Positions 1 to 11,158 of a stretch of 33,252 bases of DNA are shown one piece after another. The notes under the pieces were generated by a model, which was not told where the DNA came from, made no database searches, and saw nothing but the letters and a program-made list of their open reading frames with translations. Origin of the DNA: Phoronis australis (taxonomy: Eukaryota; Animalia; Phoronida); assembly GCA_002633005.1 (NCBI GenBank), contig NMRA01001260.1, forward strand, positions 1 through 33,252, in the 5' to 3' direction. The position numbers were made by a program, and so were the translations under genes. How positions within the stretch are numbered: position 1 is the first letter of the stretch; each line of letters begins with the position of its first letter.

Positions 1-267
1 CACATGCAATTATTTTCAGATTATCTTACGGATGTCATTGTTCAATCAAAGTAAAGACAACAAAGACCTTGTAAGCAGCGATCTCAACATTGTTGTGTGA
101 AAAATTAATAACTGCCGTAAGATGTCTTTGACATCTGAGTTGTTACTGTACTTCAAATAAAGATCATATATCCTATGAAACTCAAGAACATCTTGTGAGC
201 ACCTATAATTGATTACATGTATCCAACACAAAGATATCTAGCATTTGCATACATGTACATTGATGGA

Positions 268-412
268 ATCGGCCCGCTGTTACCCGGTACCTACTGTGTA
301 TTTTCCCTGACCCTACATGCATCCTCCCCAACCAATGTTTCCCCGCTAATATGTTCCCCAGTCCCCAATATCATTTTGTCCCTATATCCCCCCGGCCTAC
401 ATATTCCCCGTA
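268..412. repeat. Degenerate short tandem motif cluster (ATGTTCCCC-like), probable subterminal region of a non-autonomous DNA transposon
   Basis: Repeated variants tgttacccgg, tattttccctg, atgtttccccg, atgttccccag, atatcccccgg, atattccccg. No partner end found. Confidence 0.3.
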
Positions 413-1074
413 CTCGTTTATTTAATATCTGCCTTTGAGGGTGACATTTGCACCACAAGTAAGTACAAAAACATTTAACTTTATTGGCACTCACAACACT
501 TCATACTTGTTACATATATGACAATACTGGCCTTAAAATAATTATGCCAGCAGAACACAACTTCACAATTCAGAATAATTCACACTATGTTCATCATATT
601 AAACGAATAACGTGGACACCTTTATACGTAATGAAATTGAGTATAGACTTTAAGCTTAACGTTTCTTTAAAGTGGTTTGGAAATTCGTCATCCCCAGTTT
701 GAATAAATACACGTTTCAAATAAATGTTTTGTTGAATCTCAACGAAATGAGCCTATCTAGTTTTGCAATGTGTGTATCAGCAGAAATATCTTGGTTTTCT
801 CTGACTGTAATTTCAAGGTACTTGAAAACAAATAAGGCATTCTGTAATAGAAACGTGAGCATCTAATACACTTAACACCTAACTGCCCTTAATTCGGTGA
901 ATTCACAACAGTCTAAATGATCGCGTGGCGTAGGCTACACGGGACTACACGTAGTAGCTCGTATGTTATGGTGATGGTCTATTTCCACCAGCCTTTCGAA
1001 TTTTAGATTGGTACGACGTTTTATTCGGCCATTCCAACAAGTGCTCACGGATCGCCTCTTATTGCCCCACGGAT

Positions 1075-1330
1075 TGCGTCTTATTTTTCATAGCGTATAG
1101 ATGTCGGTGCAGTGCCCCTTTTCTGAACATGTGATTGTTGCGCGTGCTCATTTATGTATTCTATTTTCGCATTCGATGACGTCTGCCGCTGAGTGGTGTA
1201 GTGGTAAACTCTTGCGGTCCGGGTTCGTCAATGGCCTCGGTTCCCGCTCAAATGTTATCTCACTAGTGAGATAACTAAATGGGTTATTACGCGGTTGTAT
1301 TGGCCATTCGAGGCTAATATTGTGGTATAA
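1075..1330 (+). repeat. Dispersed repeat copy A with a tRNA-like (Pol III) segment; inverted relative to 4329-4560
   Basis: TGCGTCTTATTTTTCATAG...TGTGGTATAA aligns by eye with the reverse complement of 4329-4560. Contains A-box-like TGGTGTAGTGG (1194-1204). Confidence 0.8.
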
Positions 1331-1910
1331 AATAATCTATTGTCAGTATCAGTGAAAAATATATATACATATCTGTCACTAAGCAACTAAAAGATAAAGT
1401 GTACATTCATGTTATTGTCGGTCAGAAATAACTTTATAAATGTCACCGTCAATGCCAGAACAACTTTCAATAGCAAATGGACATGTTCAACAAGGTTACT
1501 AATGCAAACTAATTCATTTGCTATGTCGCTCTAGGTACGAGAACTTGTATAGTCAGTGTTGTGTAAAATTAATGACAGTCACGGAACATTCTAAGTTGTT
1601 GACAAAAGACCCGAAAACGCACATTTTTAGAACGTGCAAAGTGCCACATACAGTATAACAAAAATGACGAAATAAGTCCACTGACAAATACACATTTCTA
1701 GGCCTACCCGATCCACGTTATAAAGAACAAGCAAAAAAGTCGCAGTAGACAAAGGCAAGCTAAATTATGCCTACTCAAAACGAGCACATTTTTTGCTCAA
1801 TCTCGCCGGAAAATTTGCAAAAAATGAAATTTAAAAAAGGAAATGAGACAACATTACAATGCACCTTCACCACGTGACCTTGTTTATATCTTGAAGTCTG
1901 TGGCACAATG

Positions 1911-4328
1911 GAGAGAGAGATACTTTTATTTACATTAAATTGTTAAAATACAATAATTAAAAATTCGATTTCAATTAGAACGTCTTCTAAAGATTATTGG
2001 CCGCTAATAAGAAGGTACCCTGTACAAAATGAATAAATGGAAAAACAAAAATCAGTAGGAATAGGTGAGGAAGCCATATACATGTATATAACATACTTAA
2101 GAAAACAAAGAGAATTAGCGCTGAGAACGACCGACACTTCAGGAACCAAGAAGTGGACTGTCACATTTCAGGAGATTTTGGGAATATACATATAATTAGA
2201 TACTGTTACATATGAAGCAATTGGAAATATGATAAAACTGGATTGTAGTTGCTAAAAATAAAATTGATTAAGAACCTGGAAAGTGCTTGCAAAGAATGTG
2301 TTTTTATTTTATTTAGAGCAGAGACTGGTATTTCGTTGTTGTTATTTGTCGAGGAATTTCAAATCTAACACATGCTCTTGATGACAATTCGTTGGACGGA
2401 GGAATTTGAGTTGTATTGTCGGAAAAGCAGCTGAGTATTGATTCAGGTATGATGGAGTTACAATGTGTCTGGTTGGTTTATATTGGATGAGTACACTAAA
2501 GAAGTTGTTGGTGTAAAAATAATTAGAAACCAGATTATTGATGAATTTATAGTAAAATTGAGATTTTAAAAATGTCTTGATGTAAAGGGATGCGAAGTTT
2601 ACTATAACTAGAATTTGAAATAGTCTGAAGGATTCTCTTCTGGTCTGTCTGGAGTTCCCAGATTTGCCGAAACCACAAGTTGCAATGCCATACTTTAAAT
2701 GTCGGATAACATGTGAATTATGTATTAACTTGAGAGCTGGAAGAGCTAAATAAAATTTCAGTTCATAAATGAGTCCACCGAGTTTGTTTGAGATGAGGTT
2801 TATGTGGGGGGGGGAATGAGAGGTCTTTGTCAACGGTAATACCAAGGAAAGGAAAACTGTTCACATGACATATGGTTTTCCTATTTGTATAAATTGTGGG
2901 AATAATACATTTTTCAATTTTCTTTTTGGGGTAGTGAAAGATCATTAATTTACTTTTTGATGTGTTAATTGAAAGTTTGTTCACGGAAAGCCAGTCTGAA
3001 ATAGATTTAAGGTTGTTGTTGATGGTGGTTGATTGCTGTAAAGTGTGTTGGGAAGATTCAGTTAGTTTGTAAGGTGTGACGAGGCAAGCGTCGTCAGCAT
3101 AAAGATGTGTGTCTATGGGAGAAGAAAATGAAATATCATTTATGTGAATTAAGAAGAAAAGTGGGCCAAGGACAGAGCTTTGGGGAGCTCCGGTAGATAT
3201 TGGTAACCAACTGGAAGTTGTATCTCTTAGTGAAACATGTTGGGTGCGGTTTGAGAGATAATTTTTAAACAGTGTATATTCAACTCCAGTAATACCATAG
3301 TGACTTATCTTTTGCAAGAGTATTTGTTGGTCTATTGTGTCGAAATCTTTAGATAGATCAAAAAAGATGGTCAGGGGATTCATGTCATTGTCTAGATGGG
3401 AACAAATGCGGTCTAAATATTCAAGCGAAGCAAGTTCTGTGGAGTGATATTTCCTGAAACCATATTGATGTTTATTAAGAATATCATTTTCATTTAGGAA
3501 AGTTGAAAGTTGAGTATGGATAATGTTTTCTATAAGTTTTGAGATTTGTGGGAGAATAGAAATGAGTCTATAATTGCCCGGGTGGTCTGGGTCCAAACCA
3601 TGATGTTTACAAATTGGGATCACCTTAGCAATTTTGAGAGCATCTGGAAATATACCAGTGTTCAAGCACTAGTTGATGATGGTCGTGAGAGGTTCAATCA
3701 TAAAAGAACTTCTTATTTTGATAGTTTTAGATGATAAATTATCATGACCAGTACTATTTTTTGCGTCCATGTCTCTTATAATATCTAGTACATGTTTATT
3801 ATTAATTAGTTTGAAAGAGAAAATAAATTTGTTTGGCGTGGGAAGATAGTCTTTGAGATTCTTGTTTTTTGTGATAGTTATTGATTCTGAAATGGATGGG
3901 CCGATTCGGGGTAAAGTAGTTGTTGAATAAACTTGCCATTTCGGGTTTGTCACTGGTTTTCGTTTTATCGGAACGTAAGAGACATTCTGGTGTATCATTT
4001 TTTGTTCGAACACCGTTACTCATAACTCTCTATATTGTATCCCATGTGTTATTTATGTCAGATTTCCATTTTCGAATGTGTCATAATAGTAAGATTGCTT
4101 GGCAGAATCAACAGTTTTTTTGAGAATCTTGTTGTATACTTTAAGATTGTTGTGACTTGTAGCGTACGATTGTGTGTTGCGAGGGGTTGCCTTGAATTGT
4201 CTGTACAGTTTATCTCGGTAACGAATCGAAATTAAAATGCCAGGTGGAATCCACGAGTTAAGCGCGTGTTTGTGTCTGTTAAATATAATATTTTTTGGAC
4301 CAAAGTGTTTTTTGTGAGATATGGCAAA
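1911..4328 (-). mobile_element. 5'-truncated, decayed non-LTR retrotransposon (CR1/L2 group)
   Basis: Minus-strand ORF2 remnants include SWIPPGILISIRYRDKLY (~4200-4257), KNSTGHDNLSSK and an RT domain. The 3' end has AATAAA (1925-1930) and a (TC)n tail (1911-1920). No endonuclease region seen; boundaries approximate. Confidence 0.85.
2763..3665 (-). pseudogene. LINE ORF2 reverse transcriptase fragment
   Basis: RT motifs FPDALKIAKVIPI, NYRLISILPQISKLIE, HQYGFRKYHST, DLSKDFDTID, GAPQSSVLGPLFFLIHIND, LYADD, FLGI. Flanked by an in-frame stop and frameshifts, with substitutions at normally conserved sites. Confidence 0.92.
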
Positions 4329-4560
4329 TTATACCACAGTATTATCCAGATACAACCGTGTAATAACCCATAAAGTTATCTCACCAGCGAATTCGAACTC
4401 GGGCCTCCACAGTTGCGAGTCGCCGACTTTACCACTACACCACTCAGCGGCTGACGTCTTCGAACGTGAAAATAAAATACTTAAATGAGCACGCGCAACA
4501 ATCGCATGTTCAGCAAAGAGCATTGCACCGAAAATTATACACTATGAAAAATAAGACGCA
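4329..4560 (-). repeat. Dispersed repeat copy B with a tRNA-like segment
   Basis: Reverse complement of 1075-1330 with scattered substitutions and indels. Confidence 0.8.
4381..4451 (-). pseudogene. tRNA-derived (SINE-head-like) sequence with a possible Ala(CGC)-like loop; not a functional tRNA
   Basis: Minus strand reads GCCGCTGAGTGGTGTAGTGGTAAAGTCGGCGACTCGCAACTGTGGAGGCCCGAGTTCGAATTCGCTGGTGA, with A box TGGTGTAGTGG, loop CTCGCAA and B box GAGTTCGAATT. Acceptor and anticodon stems pair poorly. Confidence 0.6.
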
Positions 4561-4584
4561 TAATTTCCATAAAAACGATATTTT

Positions 4585-5713
4585 AATAGCTCAATTGCGA
4601 GTTTCTCGTTAGTCAATGTGACGTCACCGGAAAAGGGGCAAAACCGACCATATTGCTCTTGTTTGGCCCCAAGTCTTTGCTACACACGCTAAATTTTACT
4701 GGAGTTCTTATGGTGAATTTTACTCTTAAAACGTTAACACAACTTAAAAGATGGTAGATGAATCGTGGAATAACTGTGCATGGACGAAGAAAATGTGAAC
4801 TTGTTATGTTGTGCGAAGCTGTGAATGGACTGAAATTGGAACTCAACGCGGTCTAGGCCTGAATGCCGCAGGCATACAAGGGCGATAGTTTATCCCCATA
4901 AAAAGTTACTCACTTCAAAATACAGCAAATAAAATCAAATGAAACACGCATATGCGCACATGGAGTTATAATTAATTAACACATACCCCGACTCATATAT
5001 CTTGAACCTTAGAAAACCTCGCGGTTCGCTCAAGTTTCTCTCACAGGGCGCCATTTTGAGGAAGTTAAGTGAAATCACGAACAATAAGTCCAAGGAACAC
5101 AAATCTTACAAATTCACTTGATATGTTCTCATGTTATTTTGCAAGTGTCACGCGCCAGGTCTCCAGCTTCACTCAGTCTCGCGTTAGCCTTTGCCTCATA
5201 CTCACCTAACCAGTTGAACTACTTTGTGGTTATCGCCCCCGCGGTTTAAGCTAACAGTAACCGCAATGTGGAGTTGGAATTCCTCGCCAAAGTCACCTGC
5301 ATTAGCGTAGCTCTGCTTCATCGAAGATATGTTTAGAAGCAGAAACGACCACTGGAGAAAGTAAGCGGCTTTTTAGGTGATAATTTTTGATGTAGAATGT
5401 ATTTTTGACGTAGTGAAAACTTAATCAGTGAGCGGATTTCACCTATCGCCCGTTTAAAATACACGAAACGAAATAAGTACAAAATGCGATACAACATATT
5501 GTAGTGCGAATCTGAATTTCATTTGCCATAACAGCAATGCTTGTTTGGCATTTTTCGAAGTAAATGGCCAAAAAGTGGAATAAAATAACAGACACTCTGC
5601 TAACGTATTGGGCAAATGAGCCAAACGACAAGCTTTTGCCCCACTTCCCGTGACGTCACAGTTAAGTCTCGCGTAATCTCGCGTTATTGTTATTAACTCG
5701 CAAAAGGACTATT
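4585..5713. mobile_element. Non-autonomous TIR element (~1.1 kb), family unassigned
   Basis: Left AATAG...TTGCGAGTT...TGTGACGTCACCGGAAAAGGGGCAAAA mirrors right TTTTGCCCCACTTCCCGTGACGTCACA...AACTCGCAA...CTATT. No coding capacity seen; TSD not resolved. Confidence 0.55.
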
Positions 5714-5848
5714 CAGTGAAATTTAGGGTGGAGTTTTTTATTGTTTTTGAAATCAAAGAGAGATGAATACCAGGGTGTGTTTGTATGTGACCGTGTCAAG
5801 TTGATGTAAAGAAGTTATCTAATAAAGTTACTGAGGTGGGGATAAGAC

Positions 5849-5985
5849 TAGTCCAGGCCCTTAACCCGAAAACGTTTACACCTCGGATTAAAGCACCAAA
5901 TTTGGCACACTGGTACTTTTTGACATGCTGAATCTCATGGGGTTCGGTTGCCCAAATTTTGAGGTCAAGGTCAAGGTCAAACCTT
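5849..5985 (+). repeat. Left TIR of Academ-type element
   Basis: TAGTCCAGGCCCTTAA...GGATTAAAGCACCAAATTTGG...GAATCTCATGGGG...GAGGTCAAGGTCAAGGTCAAA matches the reverse complement of ~10428-10575. Confidence 0.88.
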
Positions 5986-6551
5986 GAAAAACAAAATGGC
6001 CGCCAAGTAACACTTCTTTGGTTGCTTAAAGAGGTGATCACACATTTTAAGGCTAGGTAATGGTACTTTCTTAACTAGAATTCTATCAAAATTACATTGC
6101 AATATATTTTCCTTATAATATGAAAACCCCTCATTTGCATAAATCCAATATGGCGGCCAAAATTTAACGAACCAACTACAATTTTTACAAAAGCATCTAT
6201 TTTGATCTGGTGCAAGACTAATAATACAAAAACAAATAGGTTCTCTTACCAAAAATGAACTCGATTTATCATTAATTTGTACAATTATTATGAAAATTCG
6301 GTTGATGTTATGATAAAGAGACCAATATATGCATAGCACTTGACAAACTACCAAAAACTCGGAGGCCAGCTTTGATAAATGACGTTAATATGCTTGTTCT
6401 AGCTCCTGTCTACATAATATAAACCGATTGTCAATTGCTTATAATATCAACACAATAAAACGGATTAATGTCAAATTGTCACTGTAGCTCACATAATTCA
6501 ATTAACCGTGACACTATCATCTGTTCCTTTGCGCCAAAACGAACCACGATG

Positions 6552-9230
6552 TCACTGACATGTTCCCTGGCATTTGCTAAGCGTTGTGCATGCTAAGGAA
6601 TCACATCCACATCACTTGCCGCATAGTTGTAAACTCTTGCAACCACACTTAATGAGCAGCTTACCAGCTTTGGAGACTTCAGGCATGTCTGTCCAGCCTG
6701 GTGTCCATTGTTGGTCTGTGTCTCTCTACCATCCAAACCCCTCTGGACCCCTCTGCCAGCTTGATACAAGCATTTGTTAACATTCTTTATCAGTGGAGAT
6801 TGGGTAAGCGATAAATTTGGCATGATCTGATTTTTTGCGGGAAAGCTCCTTTTGTAAAGTATTGACCTGGCTGGTTTTGGCTTTTCGATGATAAACGAGA
6901 CATGTAAATGTCATTTGTTTTGAACTCCTGACTGTCGATGGTGAGTTGCTGAAAGGAATTAAAATTGCGGGCATGAGAATGCCTGAGTAGCATCAGGGTT
7001 AGCTTTCCATGTCTTCCATGCTGTTTTCTTTCCTTCTCCATAGAACTGGGATGTTGTATCCGACCCTGTTAAGGCATGAAACTGGTAGAGCTACACACAA
7101 ATCGTACCCAAGCTGGTCAAACACGCTACTGGCAAAGAGCTCCCGCGCGTTCTTTCCAGCTTTAACCACTACCCGTACTAGAATTGCTGGCTGCAAAGCC
7201 TTAAACTGATCAAAACGCCAATAAGAACGACCACAACATCAGTATCCACTGTAGTAACCAGTATTCTCTGATTACCTTTGATGAAACGTCTGCAATGTAC
7301 AAGCCCATAGGGGCGTCCGACTCCTCATGATCGCACGGCGGTATGTCAGAACCAGAGGAAAGAACAGACTGGCCGTAGGTAACATATATATCTTGTTCTG
7401 GAAAACAGGCGATTGTCAAACAATTCCTCTTTATTCTTCGAGTTTTGCAAGAAATTCTGGAAGTTCAGACAGTCGCATTTGGGGTGAAACTTTGGCAAGG
7501 TCACCCGAACCTCTATCAGCTTTTGCGGTGGCCTTCAAGCTGCCTTCGGTGTAAGCATCTGCAAACACAATGTCAACTCTACTACAGTTGTGAAGTTTAG
7601 AATGTGCCCACCGAACTGTTCGAATGTCACTGATTAGTGTGGAGAAAAGCTGTGCACAATAGCTGGTCGATCAAAGACTTTGACATCGACGGATTCAGGA
7701 ACGTCTGGATGAGGAAATTCCAACATGTTAAGTAACTGTGACTTCTGTGAAGGTAAACGGAGACTGCCGTTTTGGTTCAGGGATGGTGGCCAAGAATGAT
7801 TCTCATGCATAAGAAAATCATCCAGGTTAGCTTCTAAAAATTGACTAGCTACAAAAAGCTGACTAAGCTGCAGTCTTTCTTGATGTCATCCATGCGTTGC
7901 TGAGTTGCTCTTTTTGCCTTCCCGCTAGCTTTTTTGAAAACGGCATACTTGTTTTTTCTTGATAGGAGCCTTTATTGGTTGTGACTTTACAATTAGGACT
8001 GTTTGCTTATAGTTGTCATGTTGCTGTTTTCCAGTCACTTCGATAATCTGAAGACTTGTAGCGTATCTATCGTCATAAGTTTATCACCATGGACAAAGAA
8101 AGGGTTTCTCTTGGCTGAAATTACATCTTATACCACACAAACTGTTCACATGGTTTTTAAAGTTGTTCTGGAAGGATGTCCTGTCTTTGTGGTGGCTTGT
8201 CTCCTCATTATTGTCTTCAAAACACTATTGACAATCAAACTCAGTCACCAACCAGGCTAGCTCGTTCCCAAACACTACTCTGTCAAAGCGTTTGGATTTT
8301 CAGTTAATCCAATAGCCCCATCACTGTCTTTGACTAAGGCATTATTTTGTTGATCCGCTTGGTCAATTGCAATAGCACAGAATCTTTACTGTGTCTTTGA
8401 AAACACCCAGTGTTTCTTCAGATGTTGTCATACGTTAGCTGACATAGCTGTCATGTCTTGGATGTGGAAAGGGACCCATCTTGCATAATTTTGAAGGTCA
8501 AGAGCAAGGAAATAGAGCACAAGAAATTCAAGGACATCAATGTACAGTGGCAAGTTGCCTTCGCTATGAGCAAGGACGAACATCAAGATCAGTAAAATCA
8601 CATTTCAGAAATCAAATTTTGGACTTCTTGTTTGGTTATCACTTTTCCAGCCGGAGAAAGATGTTGGTCGAAAACTGCACCTTCATTTCCCACAATAAGA
8701 AAGGGTTCTTCCTGAAGCTTTGCCAGAGATGTGCATGTCATTTTCGAGTCAAGTGCGAAGCTTGAAGAAAGGAATCAGCTCTACCAACTGTAGCCACTGA
8801 GGCATGTGGCCTGAAGCAGGCAGTATGAATACGTCATAGTAATTTAACGAGAGCTGATGTATCGTTTCAGCTCAGGTAACCAGCCGTCTTCGAAACATTT
8901 CTATTAATTGTGCCTATGGCTTGTTATTCAGAAAATGTACATTATCTCAACTGCTTTCAATAAAGTTTTAGAACAATCGGTTGTCGGGCAATTACTAGTG
9001 GTGACTCTGGAGTAGGGCATTGCTCAAACAACTTGGCCTTGTGAAGAATCTACTGCGAAATTAAAGCGTAATTTTTGTAGATATTATTTATCGGAATAGG
9101 GCTGTTGGAAAAATTATGCCTTATTAAACAACTTCCATTGTATTTATGAGAATAGCTACTGTACTGATTTAAACAGGAAATCCCTGCTCTTGTCTTCAGA
9201 TGTGCTAAGTCCACCAAAAGTCATAATGCG
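6552..9230 (-). pseudogene. Academ-type transposase with XPG/FEN1-like nuclease domain and C-terminal Cys-rich (CXC-like) zinc-binding domain, multiply disrupted
   Basis: Motifs read across frames: IMTFGGL (~9210-9230), GRADSFLQASHLTR, NYARWVPFHIQDM, FCAIAIDQADQQNNALVKDSDGAIGLTENP, FLMHENHSWPPSL, PPCDHEESD, VATVDTDVVV, FHALTGSDTTSQFYGEG..KTAWKTWK (H3TH-like), WTDMPEVSKAGKLLIKCGCKSLQLCGK*CGCDSLACTTLSKCQGTCQ*. Confidence 0.85.
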
Positions 9231-10427
9231 AAATATTCGTGATAGAATCTCAGGGGTTACAGGGACTATAAACTTGACACGCTTTTATCAGCGATTTCAA
9301 TAGTCTATTACCCATTAGGGCTGTAGGGGCAATAAACATGAAAATTACGTCTGGCAATGGAACTTAACGCCATCAGAAAATGTGTATAGGCGTGAAATCG
9401 CATTTTACTCAAAGGTTTGTGGTTTTCTCAGGAATTTCCACCTATTCGAAAATGAGGCGAGGTTTTTTGGGTCGGTCTATCACCACCAAACGCGATATGA
9501 TTATCTCCAATAAGTTAAATCAATTTAGGATATTTTTATATACATAGTTACTCAAAAAAGTACATACCTAAATTAGTAAACCTCAATCAAAATATAATAG
9601 TACAAGAGCAATGAACTGGAGGTCAACATCATGCGAGTCTCAGACCTGAGGTCACCTGTTTGGGTACTGTTGTCTGGATGAGCAAGGGTCAGCTTCACTT
9701 GTTACATAATTTGTCAACACAACTAACTGGATGGACACAAACCTTAAAAACAGACATTGGTTTATAGGACATGTTCCTCAAGACAATCATTATGCCTGGA
9801 CCTGTTTTAAAGTATAGTGCAACAAGGGCTTCAACTTAGTGTGATACACCAAGTAAAACCTGACTTTTTTATTTCATTCTACTGGAAACCATAAATGACC
9901 TAAATTACTTTAATTGGTTTAGTTTATATGACAATCAAGTTCAAACTAAAATGTAAACACATTAATTAACAAAGTTACCTTCAGCTATGATCAAATTAAA
10001 AATGATAATAAAAGTTTCAGCAATTGTTATTTGAAAATTTAGCAAGATGTCCGATTTCCTTTAATTACGGAGACGATTTGTTACATAATTAACCATAAAT
10101 ATTGTAACAAAAACATTTAAAAATGAATTTCTGTTAAAGGTAAAACATTTTAGAGTTGATTTAATGCATATTCATACTAGTTTGACAGTTTTTCTCAGAT
10201 AAAACAAAGAGACTTATTTTTCATTGAAAATGTATATGCTCTATTAATTAGGATAATTAGCATCTTAAGTGTCTGGAAAATTACTTTTTTACCTTTAACA
10301 TATTTGTACAAGTTATTAACATTAATTTTAAATAAAAATAAAGCCTCCTGTTTATCACCTGAAACAGTAATGAAACAGATATTTCGTCTGAAGCCATTTC
10401 AAAAAAATTACCCAAATGACCTTTGAC

Positions 10428-10575
10428 CTTGATTTGACCTTGACCTTGACCTCAAATTTCGGGCAACCGACCCCCATGAGATTCAGCGTGTCCCAAAGTA
10501 TATGTGTACCAAATTTGGTGCTTTAATCCGGGGTGTAAATGTTTTGGGGTTTTTGGCTGCTAAGGGACCGGACTA
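10428..10575 (-). repeat. Right TIR of Academ-type element
   Basis: Inverted match to 5849-5985; ends CCGGACTA followed by TSD GAC. Confidence 0.88.
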
Positions 10576-10578
10576 GAC

Positions 10579-11158
10579 GTGTCAGGTATGTAATTGAAAG
10601 TCATCAATTGTGATTTGTCATGAAATCCAGGAATGTTTGAACTTATTATTTTTTGTGTCTCCAGGAGATTCTTGATCAATAACCTTCTGCATGACCAACG
10701 CATTCAACATTTGCTATGGTCCACCCCAAAACTTTCACTATTAAATTTGTGGACCATGGAAACTTAGATGATAGCACCAAAATAACCTGCTCTCAGTGCT
10801 TGATAAGGAAATTATAAATAAAATAGAATTTTGCATAAAGGCGGCCTTAATTGGCATAAATTTTGGAAATTGACAATGCATTCGTAAAAAACTTGCCCTA
10901 TGAAATTCGTTGACCATGGAAACATGGGTAAAACGTCAAAATTATCTGGCTGCAGAGCTTGGTAAAGGAAAATATAAGAAAAACTAGAAATTTGCATAAT
11001 GTCGACCCAATTTGCATATTTTAGAAAATGCTCAAGGGTTGTGAACGGTCATCCCCCTGAATGTTGATTAACTATGCCTAGGCTACATGAAACAGCAAAG
11101 AAAAAATCTTTATCCGGCAAATCCAGGTTAAGTAAAACAGCATTTGGCTCCCGGACTA
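10579..11158. mobile_element. Orphan terminus of a different Academ-like element
   Basis: Ends GGCTCCCGGACTA, the same TAGTCCGG terminus on the minus strand. Contains two diverged ~110-bp direct repeats starting GACCATGGAAAC (~10752 and ~10912). No partner end found. Confidence 0.5.

Larger units (their letters stand above)
5849..10575 (-). mobile_element. Academ-type DNA transposon, both ends present, transposase decayed
   Basis: Diverged TIRs of ~140-150 bp starting TAGTCC and ending GGACTA. 3-bp TSD GAC at 5846-5848 and 10576-10578. Internal transposase/XPG-like/Cys-rich remnants. YR...YR ends, 3-4 bp TSD and this domain order are established Academ features. Confidence 0.85.

Noticed and set aside
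20-161. Terminal exon of a host gene (TTTTCAG acceptor, short open frame, AATAAA at ~156)
   Set aside because: Too short, no recognisable peptide, and such signals are common by chance in AT-rich DNA.
4381-4451. Functional tRNA gene
   Set aside because: Acceptor and anticodon stems do not pair properly, and the sequence is embedded in a dispersed repeat whose other copy is rearranged.
6574-8765. Plus-strand short ORFs as independent genes
   Set aside because: They are antisense to the decayed Academ transposase, whose motifs are on the minus strand.
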